Below are positions 1 to 19,321 of a stretch of DNA of 64,000 nucleotides, in pieces. Under the pieces are notes generated by a model. The model did not search any database, was not told the origin of the DNA, and worked only from the letters and a program-made list of their open reading frames with translations. The stretch's first letter is position 1. Every line of letters starts with the position of its first letter. The position numbers and the translations under genes are program-made. Origin of the DNA: Lingula anatina (taxonomy: Eukaryota > Animalia > Brachiopoda); NCBI GenBank assembly GCA_051362555.1, contig CM120641.1, forward strand, positions 38,322,401-38,386,400. The letters run 5' to 3'.

Positions 1-309
1 AAAAAGTCGTTATTCTGACTGATCTTACATAAAATACAGTACTTTCTTCATGTCCGATCTCTGGTGTATCTCTCTCGAATTATGCGCCAAAACTTTTTTT
101 AGTATAGGGTCACATGACCCATGTGACACAAAAAGGGCGCTAACACCAGCTATACATATGCATTACATCTATTTATATACTTTAGCTACTTATGTTAAGG
201 CACAATGCGCTATTACATACTTATATATACATGTGAATACATGTACCCTATTACATGCATTTACTATGTATCATAAACAACTTCTTCCTCATATTTTTTA
301 AAACCTCAG

Positions 310-6909
<6,600 letters not shown>

Positions 6910-7194
6910 AAAAAAAAAATCTACAAATTTTAGGTTTTGTTGCCTGTACATTACAGACCATCTATGCAAGTATTATTTAACCACTTAGAAAATTAAATCT
7001 TCAGTGATTGATGTTTTGTTTTCAGAGAGTTTTCTTTGTACTTCTGAGATTATCTTACAGTGTTCTCTTTTTTATGTACAGACACAGATATGTCTGTACA
7101 TAGAGCCGTCACCTGCGTCACCATTGCTGTGTATTTTCACCGATAACATGATAAGTGGAAAACCATGCTACCTTTGGTCTTCAAACTTATGGAA

Positions 7195-7600
7195 CTGATG
7201 AATATTCATAATACACAGGTCAAGTTCAAAAATCAGCATGATCAGGCCATTTTCTCAAAGTTATGATGTTTTTTGGCTTTTTTCGACATATATGCAATAC
7301 TGATAATGCATTTCAATGAAAACCAATAAGCCTTTTGACTTAAAACCTACAGGAGTGATCAATCTTACTAAAATACAGATTGAGTTTGAAAAGCAGTTTG
7401 ATTGGACCCTTTTTACAAAGGTTATGCCTTTTTTTTCACTTTTGTTTGGATATGTACAACACAGATAACATGTTTCAAGGAAAACTGATCGGCCTATTGT
7501 CTTGCAACTCACAGGAGTGATCAATTTTTCATATATACAGATCAAGTTAAAAAATAAGCTTGATCAGTTAACTTTTGATGAAATAATACCTTTTTTTAAT
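7195..7600. repeat. Degenerate ~160-bp tandem repeat (three copies)
   Basis: Recurring motif TACA..(C)AAGTT..AAA..CAG..TGAT..G....TTTT....AA..GTTATG..TTTTT at ~7212, ~7375 and ~7536; ACAGGAGTGATCAAT occurs twice. Confidence 0.55.
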
Positions 7601-7989
7601 ATAAGAGGTTTTTCCTCAGATTTAATTCTTAGGCTTGTTAACAGTCTCATTATTGAACTAATTAGATACATAAAAGTGTTCTTTTAACATTTTCTGCATC
7701 TTTACAATATTGTTAGTTGATTATATAAAATGTGTGAATGGCAGCTTTATTGGAATATTTTTTGTTATGTTTTCTTTTAATTTCTTTTTTTTTTATTTTA
7801 CAATCACAGGCATTTTCAAGAGGTGACTTGTAACTCCCATCTACCTGAAGCTCTGTATATTTCCTGTATTTTTTGTGAAATTTTCATTTTCTATTTCTGG
7901 TATTTTCAAAGTGTGAACTTTCATGGGCCTGGGGCCTGTTTCACAAAGCCTTTTGTTAGTTACACATTTTATTTACATCCATTCTTCCT

Positions 7990-8022
<33 letters not shown>

Positions 8023-8239
8023 AATTGACAGTTAGGGAGAAATGAAAAATTTTTATTATGGTATTTTTACTAGCTTCACTTTCCACTTTGACAAGATCAC
8101 TTCGAACAAAGCCATTTTTTATTGTCAAAAATAAAAACAATTACTTTTTTACCAGACAAAATAATGGTGTCTCTTAGACATAGTCACATTTGTTCAAGAT
8201 TGAAAAAACTAGTAACACCACTTTACACAAAGGTAGATA

Positions 8240-9283
8240 GGGGAGACCGGGGCTAGTTGGACCCCGGGATAAGTTGCCCCCCCCACCCCCACCCCCCATC
8301 AATTTATGAAAAAGTAACTATGGGGTAAAAAAATTGGTCACATCATTTAGTAAAGTGACCGTATCCAATAGTGCTAAGAAAGCATCGTGACGCCACAGGG
8401 CAAGTTGGCCCCAGGGTCAGGGCAAGTTGTACAGAAGTTTTATTTAGGTCCACATGAAAGAATTTAGTATCTTAAAGTAACTTTATTAAAAAGACTTTAA
8501 AATCTATTTTCATAAGCTTTTGATCGAATATAGTATATGTATAGGGCATCAAACTGAAGCTCATTGTTTCAAGTTTCACAGTAATGTATCATCGTTCTTC
8601 ATTCTAACACCATAAATGGCTACAATCCTTTAAAATTAAAAATGTGCACCTGGGGCTAGTTGACCCTCTTGACTCGGGGCAAGTTGGACCCTCAAATTGA
8701 CCACAATCCTTTGCACACAACAGAGCTACAGACCATCGTTGAAACAAACTCAATGGTTTGTTGAATAATTACCAGTTTAAAACTGAATTTATTAGTTTCT
8801 TTTTTTAACAAAAATTTATTATACGTTTTCATTCTTTAAAAACCTGCTTTATACCATTATTAATTTATTCTTAATTAAAACAAAACAACACATATACATG
8901 ACGCACGGAAATCTCAATGAATCTGCCTCATTCGAACTATTTATTAATCAAAGACTCTCAAAAATCAATTTAATAAATTAAAAATTTATAAAAATGTATT
9001 TCAAGGCATTTACATGGGATACTTCATTTTCGTATAGGGTGCCAACTTGCCCGACCCTGGGGCCAACTTGCCCTGTGATGGGGCAAGTTGGCCCCCCTGA
9101 CGTTACTTGTGTTTCTTGTCAAATTGTGAGCCCTCTGGCATTATATTTGGAAAATAATGACGTTGCATACGTAGCTTAGTTCATGGTGCTTACTTTGAAA
9201 CCGGTTTTGTTACTCTAACTCATTCCTAGCTGGCTCTACAAAGCTAAAAGTGTCTAACTGGGCCAACTAGCCCCGGTCTCCCC
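8240..9283. mobile_element. Non-autonomous DNA transposon (1044 bp), TA target-site duplication, probably Tc1/mariner/pogo superfamily
   Basis: Perfect 21-bp TIR GGGGAGACCGGGGCTAGTTGG, flanked by TA at 8238-8239 and 9284-9285. Many internal copies of GGG(C/T)(A/T)AGTTG in both orientations. No transposase ORF. The element is absent at the paralogous site (~15010-15028). Confidence 0.9.
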
Positions 9284-9477
9284 TAAAGGCATCCAAATGT
9301 ACATTTCAGTTAATAAGAATGAAATGAATTGATAAGGCATATAAAGAAAAAAAACTGCACATGCCCTCTATTGATTTGAATCTTTCCTGGTAAGTGTGAA
9401 AATCATTATTCTTTTCATTATAAAATCATTCTGTCTTCTTCTTTCTTCAAAAAGGTTGTCTTTTTATCAGTCTGTCT

Positions 9478-11133
9478 TTAGGTAGCACGTGATGACTTCA
9501 AACACTTGGCTTTTACTGTAGATTCGGCCACATCATCCATTGAGTTGGCTTGAATGGTCTTGCCAATTCCTTCCAACTTTGCAAGGAAGTCTTTCACACT
9601 GGCTGTATACAACATCTTCTGTTTAATTGTAGCATTCTCAGGGCTCCTACAAAATAAAACAATTCACTTGAGTTACATGATAATCTTCCCCAACCCCAAA
9701 AAGGAAGTTAACAAATGAATACAGCATATGCCTTTAAGTGTCAGAAACCAACATTTCTCTTAGCTGATATTTGTTCATTTTTCTGATCAGTATGAACAAA
9801 TATCTCCCCCTGCACCATGAAACACTTCTTGTCAAACCAGTAAACAAAAATTGGCTCAATAAAGGCATGGGCGTGAATTAAAAAAAGCTACACAAATGTA
9901 AAATAATAATAGAAAAAATGGTTAAGTACATCTTACGAGTTCTTAAATAAGAAAACTACAAATATTGAAATAGCATTTATCATTATAACTAGTATAGTCA
10001 CAGAACTGCATAGCTCATTGTAGGAGAACAGTGCTGCAGGACGAGATTTTAACAATGAGGATAAATAAAAATTAATAATTATAATTTATTTTAACAAGTA
10101 AACAATGACACATTTAATGTAGCTTTCCAATTGAACTATTAATTTGAATATTGACTAGAATACATGATTTAAATAAAAAAGTTGATTAAGTATTATATGG
10201 CATTTATATCTTTTTAGCATAAGAAGCACATATTAATTGAAGCTCATTAAGATTCATTTTTCTCATAAATGTATTAAGGTATGATTACTTACCAGCTGAA
10301 AAAAATGACAGAATTCTTCCATGTTGAATTTTCTTGTGTGTACCCATAGTCAAAAAGAGCATAACAGCACTCTCTTTTTTCTTCTGTATCTCTCAAGTAA
10401 TCAAGGAATTCTTGATAGGCCTTACCTGCAATACAATTTAAACATATGAATTAGTGAATCCAATAAACAACAAAGTTTAATTGTTAACAACAAAGAGCAT
10501 GTTTAGAATTAAATACATTCGCGAGTTTGACCTTGTCAGAGACTACGAGTACATGAAATGTACAAGACGCACTACACTGTATGCACGTTTAAATCTCCTC
10601 GCTTTGTTACCCATGCCAGAAGTTATCATCCCCAATACAGACCTTAAAATTAGTAAACGGGTACTTATTTGTCATATTTTAAAAGTTGCTTAGTAGTTTC
10701 AACAAACCTTGTTCTTCCTGATCTTTTTGGCCAGTACTGCAGCTAGTACGATCTACACTAATAGCGGAGACCGCCTTGCCATTATGGTCAACGATTTTAA
10801 AGATGACATAGACATATTTCTTATTCTTTTTGATGTCATTATAGGCTGTCAGGCATTCCTCTAGTACTTTAACTCCAGAAGACTGAAAAAATCAAGGCAT
10901 GGTTGAAGAGTCGAATAGTCCACAAACTAACTGAAACCTTAGGCCACAAGGACGGTAATAAGAAGCAAGCTTCACAATTAAATGTATCTGTCCATAACTA
11001 TCGTTAGTAGATCGTGGTAGATAAGAAGCCCATTAACACAAAAAGATCTTATTTCCACATTAGTATATTTTAAAACAATAAGCGTTAACTTAACATGACG
11101 TTAACTTAACATGAAAAGCAAATACCTTACCAT
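9478..11133 (-). CDS. CFL: ADF/cofilin family actin-depolymerising factor, copy 1 (159 aa)
   Basis: Exons 11133-11131 (ATG only, the classic ADF/cofilin first intron), 10882-10708, 10425-10293, 9646-9478. Translation MSSGVKVLEECLTAYNDIKKNKKYVYVIFKI...KRECCYALFDY...VIFFSWSPENATIKQKMLYTAS...GIGKTIQANSMDDV...SRAT* has the MxSGV, YALFD, FxxWxP, KMLY and IQA motifs. Confidence 0.93.
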
Positions 11134-11242
11134 TTTGACTTTTGCGGTAAACTTGCACGTGTAGTTTAATTAATTTGAAACGTTTTCCCTCTCTCTATTC
11201 GCTTTTCGGTCCAATATAACTTTTAGCGATGTATTTCAGGAC

Positions 11243-11851
11243 TATTTATACTCAGTCGCAAATACAAGTCTCTTTAAAGAGGAAATTTGTCACAGGTGTG
11301 CTAAAAAATTGCCCTGTATGAATCAACCAGCATTTAACGTTACGAATCAATAATAATTCGGCACCTTTTTTGGTAATCAAATCGGTTATCAAACGCCGTG
11401 TTTGGGACTAACTGCGTTTTCATTATCCATATTAGGTGTAGAGACTACATGATTGATTTTATGTCATCAAACTACCAATGATTTGAAGTGTTTGAATAGC
11501 GTACGCAGAATTACACCAAGATGTTTATGCCCTTGTATGTGCTGCAGGTTGCGCTCTCACTTTGAAAAGCACTTGCTATAAATAACGCTGTGTAATCCGC
11601 CACAGCGAGCAGTGACTGATGTATCGATCAGCTTTCAAAAATAAGTATAATATTCAGCACCACTTCATAGAGAGACACTGTGTCTGTAAATTAATCAAAA
11701 TACTATTTTTTGACCAATTTTTTCACCAGCTCCGTCTAATACACTATATTTGGTAAAGTTGTGAAGCGCTGCAATGTATGAAGTGGCGTCAGCAAAATTA
11801 CCGACCCGACCTGACTGGCATTTGTTTGTAGAGGTCAACTTCCTTATAAGG
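11243..11851 (-). promoter_or_regulatory. Cofilin copy 1 promoter: TATA box and two CArG (SRF) boxes
   Basis: TATAAATA (minus strand, 11250-11243) ~110 bp upstream of the ATG. CCATATTAGG at 11427-11436 and CCTTATAAGG at 11842-11851 both fit CC(A/T)6GG. Confidence 0.6.
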
Positions 11852-13635
11852 AAAAGTAGGTCTACACGTGCAGGTCGAGTACAAATATGGAAGATGCTAG
11901 ATCGTATCCGCATGCGCGAGGTTGACAAGTTTATTTTGATAAATAAATGTTAAAACTTCCTAAACGCACAAGGCATAGATCTATAGGTGTAAATAAGAAT
12001 GAATAAAGAACAAAGTTTTAAATTTACAATTACATATATGTAGATGTTGTAGGGGCCTATAAGTATAAATAAGATTCAGTGTTAATAATAATATATTAGT
12101 GTGTGTGAGTGTGTGTGTGTGTGTGTGAATGTGTGATATAGGCAGCTTATACAGGTACCGACGCTATTCACACTTGTCCACTCGATTGGCAACGGGAAAT
12201 TCAACTGTGGACGATGATTTATATAATGTTAAATATTAGAGGGGTACTATCCATTTTATTTAATTCTTCAGCATTTTATTCTATTTTTAATGCTCTTCAG
12301 CAAGTTTTATTCCTTAATCAGCTCATCTATTTTTTAAATTTTAGATTCCTCAATTAAATGAGGGACCTTTCTCGTTTTTAATTGATCGTGGAAGTGAGGC
12401 GTTGAGTAAAATTCTAGAATTTGGTAAGAACTGATTTACAACTAGAAATTCAACAATGAATTTGTTTTAAGGGAGGCATTGTTGTTTGGTAGCGATTTTT
12501 AAATTTTGTCATGAAAGCGGTGCATCATGGGGATATGAGACTACTACTTGGTAGACGCACGTGTAATTTTTCTGGAATAAATGTGTGTATTTCAACAACA
12601 AGTGAACTTCAGTCATACTTCTATGTGTTTTGAGCGTAAACATTCGTGAACAATTTCAGTAAAACTGCAGAGGGTCCCGTGGGGGGGGGGGGGGGGTAGT
12701 GATCACGGCTTACGTGGAATAAATTATCGATTCACAAATCACACTAAATAATATTTTATTTATATCAAACTCATTATGTGCGTCGAAAATCCCGAAAATC
12801 ACAAGTCAAAGCGTATTATGACTCCGTTTCGCGAAGGGCGGAGAAGAAAAGGTCGCATTCACGAGTCACGGGAATAGGGTGCTTCAGGAATCACGATAAA
12901 TGAAATGAAATGAAATGAACATTTCACGCTTTTTGGGAAATATAAAGTGGCTTTCATGGGTAATGAAAAAAATACAAAGGGACCCTTACTGCAGTAATAC
13001 TCTCTGAGGCATACCTGTTGTAATTTTCATAAAAATACGTTGCTCGGCGTTGTGCGAACTGTTTTCTTGCAGGCTCATTTGGCAGTTGGACACAGTTGGG
13101 TGTTGTAGATGCAACAGTACTGGCGTATGTGTGGTGCAGTCGCAAGATCGAGCTTTTACTAATACAAGGCGTAGAAGCAAATGCATGTTTGAGAGTATCA
13201 CTATTTCTTCAATAACCACCGCCATAAAATACTAAAGGCGCAGACGAATGAAAGAATATTCACGACAAACATTTATAACATAAGTCATTGTACTACTATT
13301 CCCATTGCCTCTCAGTATATTTGAATTTATGTGTTACAATGCATTGAGACTCCCGAATGAACGGGATGGACAGCTCTCTCACCTAACACTTGATGATAAC
13401 CTAAGTTAGCTTGAAATCCTTTAGTTCTGCGCTTTTTTTTTAGCTCTAGATCTGTTTGAACTTCTTTTGTGTCCTTTGAAAATTGAGGTCGAACATTTTT
13501 GACCCAATTTAAAATGGTGTGTGCTGATTAATTAATGAAATTATGCTTGTTGCCTTGAAATTAAAACAATTCACATGTTCATCATAAACACCAAGCAATT
13601 ATCAACTTTTATTATCAACAATTATAACTTTAAAA

Positions 13636-13718
13636 CAATTTAAATTATTGTTTTTCTTTTTATCAAGAGCTTATATTTTATAAGCTCTTGATAAAAAGAA
13701 AAAGAATAATTTAAATTG
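13636..13718. repeat. AT-rich palindrome: 40-bp arms, 3-nt loop, one mismatch
   Basis: CAATTTAAATTATTGTTTTTCTTTTTATCAAGAGCTTATA-TTT-TATAAGCTCTTGATAAAAAGAAAAAGAATAATTTAAATTG. Confidence 0.9.
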
Positions 13719-14486
13719 ATACATACAGAGTTAATGAAACTCTTCTCTAACTTTTAAAAAACCCTTTTTATCGTTTTTATTAAAGTTTGTTAAAGTTTTA
13801 ATGACTATTTTTAATATTACCGGAAGCAATGAATACTAGAACATGCTGGTATACACTGTATTCAGTATAATTTATTTAAGATTTTCATCATTTCGGTTAT
13901 TTTGGGTACGTACCGATAATCGGAAGGTTGGCTCCAGTTGCCGACTAATCCTAACCCCAATTTGTAATAAGCTGCTCCCCTCTGATATCAGGGCCCACTA
14001 AAATACTGTACAAAACCACACTGTGCGTTTTAACTTTTTTGCAACAGACTACTACAGGCGCACCCTGTGGTCAGGTGTAGTTCAAACAGCGTAAGACGCA
14101 GGCTTGCAGCCCAAAGTGCCGACCGTGCCCGCCGACCACTCGGGACCACTTTTGACGTCGGTGCGATCACTGCTTGCATTTAAAGGACGTTCTTAACAAG
14201 ATTTTTAACAGATTTTTATTTGTGGGGATATCTCAAGGAAAATGCGTACCAGAACAACCCTCAAAGGAAGGCCAAATGATGGCAGCAATCACAGCCAATA
14301 TCAGAGAAATCCCAAGGGAGGAATGTGTTTGAGTATTTGACAATTTTGCGTGACGTTTGAAAGTGTCTCCAAAACCACAAAGGCAATTTAGAGCATATTT
14401 AAAAAAACAACATAATTTTTATGCTAAGCGACGAAGATAAATGAAACTTTGGGGAATTATCATGCACATATAGAAGTTATAAAGGC

Positions 14487-14735
14487 CATTCCACAGATAT
14501 TTGGATCGATCTATCTCCCTGGGGTGTCTCACTAAATTGCTGTCAACTTGACCAGCTTATATGTCTGTCACGCCTAGTAAAACTGTTAGGGGGTAATTAT
14601 CTTTACCCCTAACTGATTCAGTAGGAGTGACAGACATTTAAGAGACCATTAATTCCCACAGATATATAGATCGATATATATCCCCTTCGGGAGTCTCACT
14701 GTCAGCTGAACTGGCTTAAATGTGTTCTTCACGCT
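14487..14735. mobile_element. Rearranged foldback MITE related to the element at 35625-35869
   Basis: Shares GATC.ATCT..C..GGTGT.TC.CTAAA.TGC..CA.CTT, ATGTCTG.CAC.CCTA and CAGTAGG..G.CAGACAT motifs with 35625-35869. It has an internal inverted repeat and a restart of the left arm at ~14655. Confidence 0.5.
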
Positions 14736-15202
14736 AAAGACCAAACAATGCTAATGGTGAATTAAAATTTAATTTAATCTTGTTAGAGTTATCTGGATGT
14801 ATCTGTTTGTTATTTATATGGATATATTAGTATTTTCTGGAATATGACTGATTGTGATGAAATAAAGCAAATGTCATTACTTTTTTCCCATTAAGTGTCA
14901 GCATTTTTACTAGTATTACTGTCCACTTTGACAAGATCACTTCATACAAAGCCATCTTTTATTATCAGAAATAAAAAAAATACAAGAAATCAGTAACACC
15001 ACTTTACTCCAAGGCAAGACAAGGCATCCAACTGTACATTTTCAGTTAATAAGAATGTAATAAATTAATAAGGAATATAAAGAAAAAAACTGCACATGAT
15101 TTTAATCTTTCCTGGTAAGTGTAAAAATCATTATTCTTCTTTTCATTATAAAATCATTCTGTCTTCTTTCTTAAAAAGGGTTGTCTTTTTATCAGTCTGA
15201 CT

Positions 15203-16869
15203 TTATGTAGCACGTGACAACTTCAAACACTTGGCTTTTATTGTAGATTCGGCCACATCATCCATTGAGTTGGCTTGAATGGTCTTGCCAATTCCTTCCA
15301 ACTTTGCAAGGAAGTTTTTGACACTGGCTGTATACAACATCTTCTGTTTAATTGTAGCATTCTCAGGATTCCTATGAAATAAAATAATGGACTTGAATAA
15401 CATGATAATCTTCCCAAATCCCAAAAAGGAAGTTTACTATTAACAAATGAATACAGCATACACGTTTAAGTGTCAGAAACCAACATATCTCCTTAGCTGA
15501 TATTGTTCATTTCTCTGATCAGTATGAACAAATACATCCCCCTGCACCATTAAAAAACTTCTTGTCAAACCAGTGAACAAAAATTGGCTCAATAAAGGCA
15601 TGGGCTTGAGTTAAAAAAGATATACAAATGTAAAATCATAAAAAAATGGTTAAGTACATCTTACAAATACATAAATATGAAAACTACAAAATTATTGAAA
15701 TAGCATTTATCATTATAACTAGTACAGTCAATGAACTGCATAGCTCATTGTAGGAGAACAGTGCTGCAGGATGAGATTTTAACAACAACAGGATAATTAA
15801 ATATTAATTATTATAATTTATTTTAATAAGTAAACAATGATAAATTTAATGAACCTTTCCAATTAAACTATTAATTTGAATATTGACTAGAATACATGAT
15901 TTAAATCAAAAAGTTGGCTAAGTATTATATGGCATATATATCTTTTTAGCATAAGAAGCACATATTAATTGAAGCTCATTAAGATTCATTTTTCTCATAA
16001 ATGTATTAAGGTATGATTACTTACCAGCTGAAAAAAATGACAGAATTCTTCCATGTTGAATTTTCTTGTGTGTACCCATAGTCAAAAAGAGCATAACAGC
16101 ACTCTCTTTTTTCTTCTGTATCTCTCAAGTAATCAAGGAATTCTTGATAGGCCTTACCTGCAATACAATTTAAACATATGAAATTTTGAATCCAATAAAC
16201 AACAAAGTTATGAAGGTTTTTTTATTGTTAATAACTAAGAGCATGTTCAGAATTAAAAGATTGAACTTTGTTAGAGACTACGAGTACATAAAATGTAGGC
16301 CTACAAAAAGCACTACACTGTATGCACGTTTAAGTTACCCATGCCAGTAGTTATCACTCCCAATACAGACCTTAAAATTAGTAAACGGGTACTTATTTGT
16401 CATATTTTAAAAGTTGCTTAGTAGTTTCAACAAACCTTGTTCTTCCTGATCTTTTTGGCCAGTACTGCAGCTAGTACGATCTACACTAATAGCGGAGAGC
16501 GCCTTGCCATTATGGTCAACGATTTTAAAGATGACATAGACATATTTCTTATTCTTTTTGATGTCATTATAGGCTGTCAGGCATTCCTCTAGTACTTGAA
16601 CTCCAGAAGACTGAAAAAATCAAGGCATAGTTGAAGAGTCGAACAGTCCACAAACTAACTGAAACCTTAGGCCACGAGGACGGTAATAAGAAGCAGGCTT
16701 CACAATTATGATTTACAATGTATCTGTCCATACCTCTCGTTAGTAGATCGTGGTAGATAAGAAGCCCATTAACACAAAAAGATCTTATTTCCACATTAGT
16801 ATATTTTAAAACAATAAGCGTGAACTTAACATGACGTTAACTTAACATGAAAAGCAAATACCTTACCAT
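15203..16869 (-). CDS. CFL: ADF/cofilin family actin-depolymerising factor, copy 2 (159 aa)
   Basis: Exons 16869-16867 (ATG), 16610-16436, 16157-16025, 15371-15203. Same exon sizes as copy 1 (3+175+133+169), intact frame, six amino-acid differences from copy 1. Confidence 0.93.
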
Positions 16870-16978
16870 TTTGACTTTTGCTGTAAACTTGCACGCGTAG
16901 TTTAATTAATTTGAAACGTTTTCCCTCTCTCTATTCGCTTTTCGGTCCAGTATAACTCTTAGCGATGTATTTCAGGAC

Positions 16979-17172
16979 TATTTATACGCAGTCACAAATA
17001 CAAGTCTCTTTAAAGAGGAAATTTGTCACAGGTGTGCTAAAAAATACCCCTGTATGAATCAACCACTATTTAACGTTACGAATCAATAATAATTCGGCAC
17101 CTTTTTTGGTAATCAAATCGGTTATCAAATGCCGTATTTGGGACTAACTGCGTTTTCATTATCCATATTAGG
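16979..17172 (-). promoter_or_regulatory. Cofilin copy 2 promoter: TATA box and CArG box
   Basis: TATAAATA on the minus strand at ~16979-16986. CCATATTAGG at 17163-17172. The distal CArG is degenerate here (CCTGATAAGG, ~17575-17585). Confidence 0.55.
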
Positions 17173-18325
17173 AATAGAGACTGCATGATTGATTTTATGT
17201 CATCAAACTACCAATGATTTGAAGTGTTTGAATAGCGTACGCAGAATTACACCAAGATGTTTATGCCCTTGTATGTGCTGTAGGTTGCGCTCACTTTGAA
17301 AAGCACTTGCTATAAATAACGCTGTGTAATCCGCAGCGAGCAGTGACTTTGTATCGATCAGCTTTCAAAATAAGTAGAATATTCAGCATCCTTTTATAGA
17401 CAGATACTGTATCTGTGCATTTATTCAACAACTAAATTTTATTTGACTAATTATTTCACCACCCCCGTTTCATTGTCTATATTTGGTAAAGGAAATTTAA
17501 CGGTGCATTATAAGAAGTGGCGTCAGCAAAAATACAGACCCGACCTGACCGGCGTTTGTTTGTGGAGGTCAACTTCCTGATAAGGAAAAGTAGGTCTACA
17601 TGTTGAGGTCGAGTACAAATATGAAAAATGCTAGATCGTATCCGTTTATATGCGCGGTTTACAAGTTTATTTTAATAAATAAATGTTAAGACATTCAAAA
17701 CGCATTATATAGTGTACTTGTACAGTACTATTCCAAGTGATTGGCAACGGGAAAAGCAACTGTGTACTGGTATATATGTTGGCCGAGGGGTGCCATCCCC
17801 TTTATTTCTGTAATGTTTTATGTCCATATTTAATTACTTATTTGCAACTTTAAATTTTAGCATTTTATTCTTTTGTGTGTGTGTGTGTGTGTGTGTGTTC
17901 TTTGGAAAGTTTTATTCCTTAATCAATTCATCTATTTTTTATTTTATTTTTATTTATTTAATATTATTTTTTGTTTAAATTTATTTGTTTATTTATTTAT
18001 TTATTTATTTGAAGGTTTTAGATTCTCCACTCAAATGAAGGACGTTCCTCGTTTGTAATTGATCCTTATTGTGTCATAGATGAATTAATAGGCCTGTAGG
18101 CCTACCTCTCGGGCCTACCTCTCGGGACTTCATAAATGCTCAGTATTTAATATCGCTCGACTGTAGAACAGAAAAATATTCACTCTCCTTTTATGTCTTT
18201 TGTAAAGACTAGGCATAATGTTGTACACTGACAATGTAGCATTCATAACACTTGCTATTTCAGATTATATTAATAACACTTGCTATTTCAGGTAATTGCA
18301 AATTACAATAATAAGTAGGGTCAAA

Positions 18326-18465
18326 ACAACCAATCGTGCCACACTTTTCACGAGACTTGTACTGGGCATGCGCAAATGACAACAGGAAATAAAGACCAAC
18401 ATTTCCCTTTCGTCAACAAAATTTCAATAGTGATTTTTCAACGCGGATTTTTCGGGTTAAGCCCG
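18326..18465 (+). promoter_or_regulatory. Probable RNF41 promoter and non-coding first exon
   Basis: CCAAT (~18330), NRF1-like GCATGCGCA (~18366) and ETS-like CAGGAAAT (~18383), then a strong donor CG|GTAAGT at 18465/18466. The next acceptor is at 19314, just before the RNF41 ATG. Confidence 0.6.
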
Positions 18466-19321
18466 GTAAGTATGATTAAATTATATTTTTGTGCTTAATC
18501 CTCAAGGTGAAGGTTTTGGTGATAAAAGTATTCTTACTATGTGGGTTTTATAAGTCATTAATTCACCAACTTTGTGTCACTGAGTCTGAGCAAGTCGAGC
18601 AAAAAGCAGCGCTCTTCCACTTTCAGTGCACACCAGGAATCTTAATTCAGTAACAACATCCTATGTAGATTCATCATATGAAATATACAATTCGTGTGGG
18701 AAATTTCCATCATTTAAGTGAACTGTTAGTTTGCCCATGATTGATTGAAGGTTGCCACAATGTCAATAACCAGACAACAATCGCTAGTAATGGCATTCCA
18801 CAAAGACAGTATCGGATCCCCTTTCACCATACAACTATTATTAAAATAATTTTACTTGGATACTCATTAACCCAAGCTTAATCCTCTGCCGTGCATTAAT
18901 TAAATATTAAGATGAACATATTTACGTTTTTTTCTGACACCCAGTTTTGCTTTACAACACAATCCTTCAGCCCTGTAATTTATATTATAATGCAGCTATT
19001 AGTATTAAAAAGACAATTATGAACCTATTGGAAATGATATTTAGCCTGTTTTATTATTATGTTATTTATATATCTGTTATTTATATTTCTGTTTGTACAT
19101 AAAAACATACTTATTTAAATGATTATTTTATACATGTTTACGAGTTTTTAAAATATAATCCTATTTAATCAAGTTTAACTCAAGACCAGATGACACTATC
19201 CATTTAAATCATTTGGATCAGCCAAAACATTTCGTGCATTGCAGTACTTATTAGTTATCAAGTAACATTTTAGTTTGTATCAGTATTACATACCTAATTC
19301 AATAATGGTTTTAGATTGAAG

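Larger units (their letters stand above)
14905..18064. repeat. Second unit of a tandem segmental duplication (first unit ~8064-12388) spanning the whole cofilin gene, its 3' UTR and ~1.2 kb upstream
   Basis: Colinear high identity from TCCACTTTGACAAGATCACTTC (~8082 / ~14922) to GGAC.TT.CTCGTTT.TAATTGATC (~12385 / ~18064), introns included. Confidence 0.92.
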
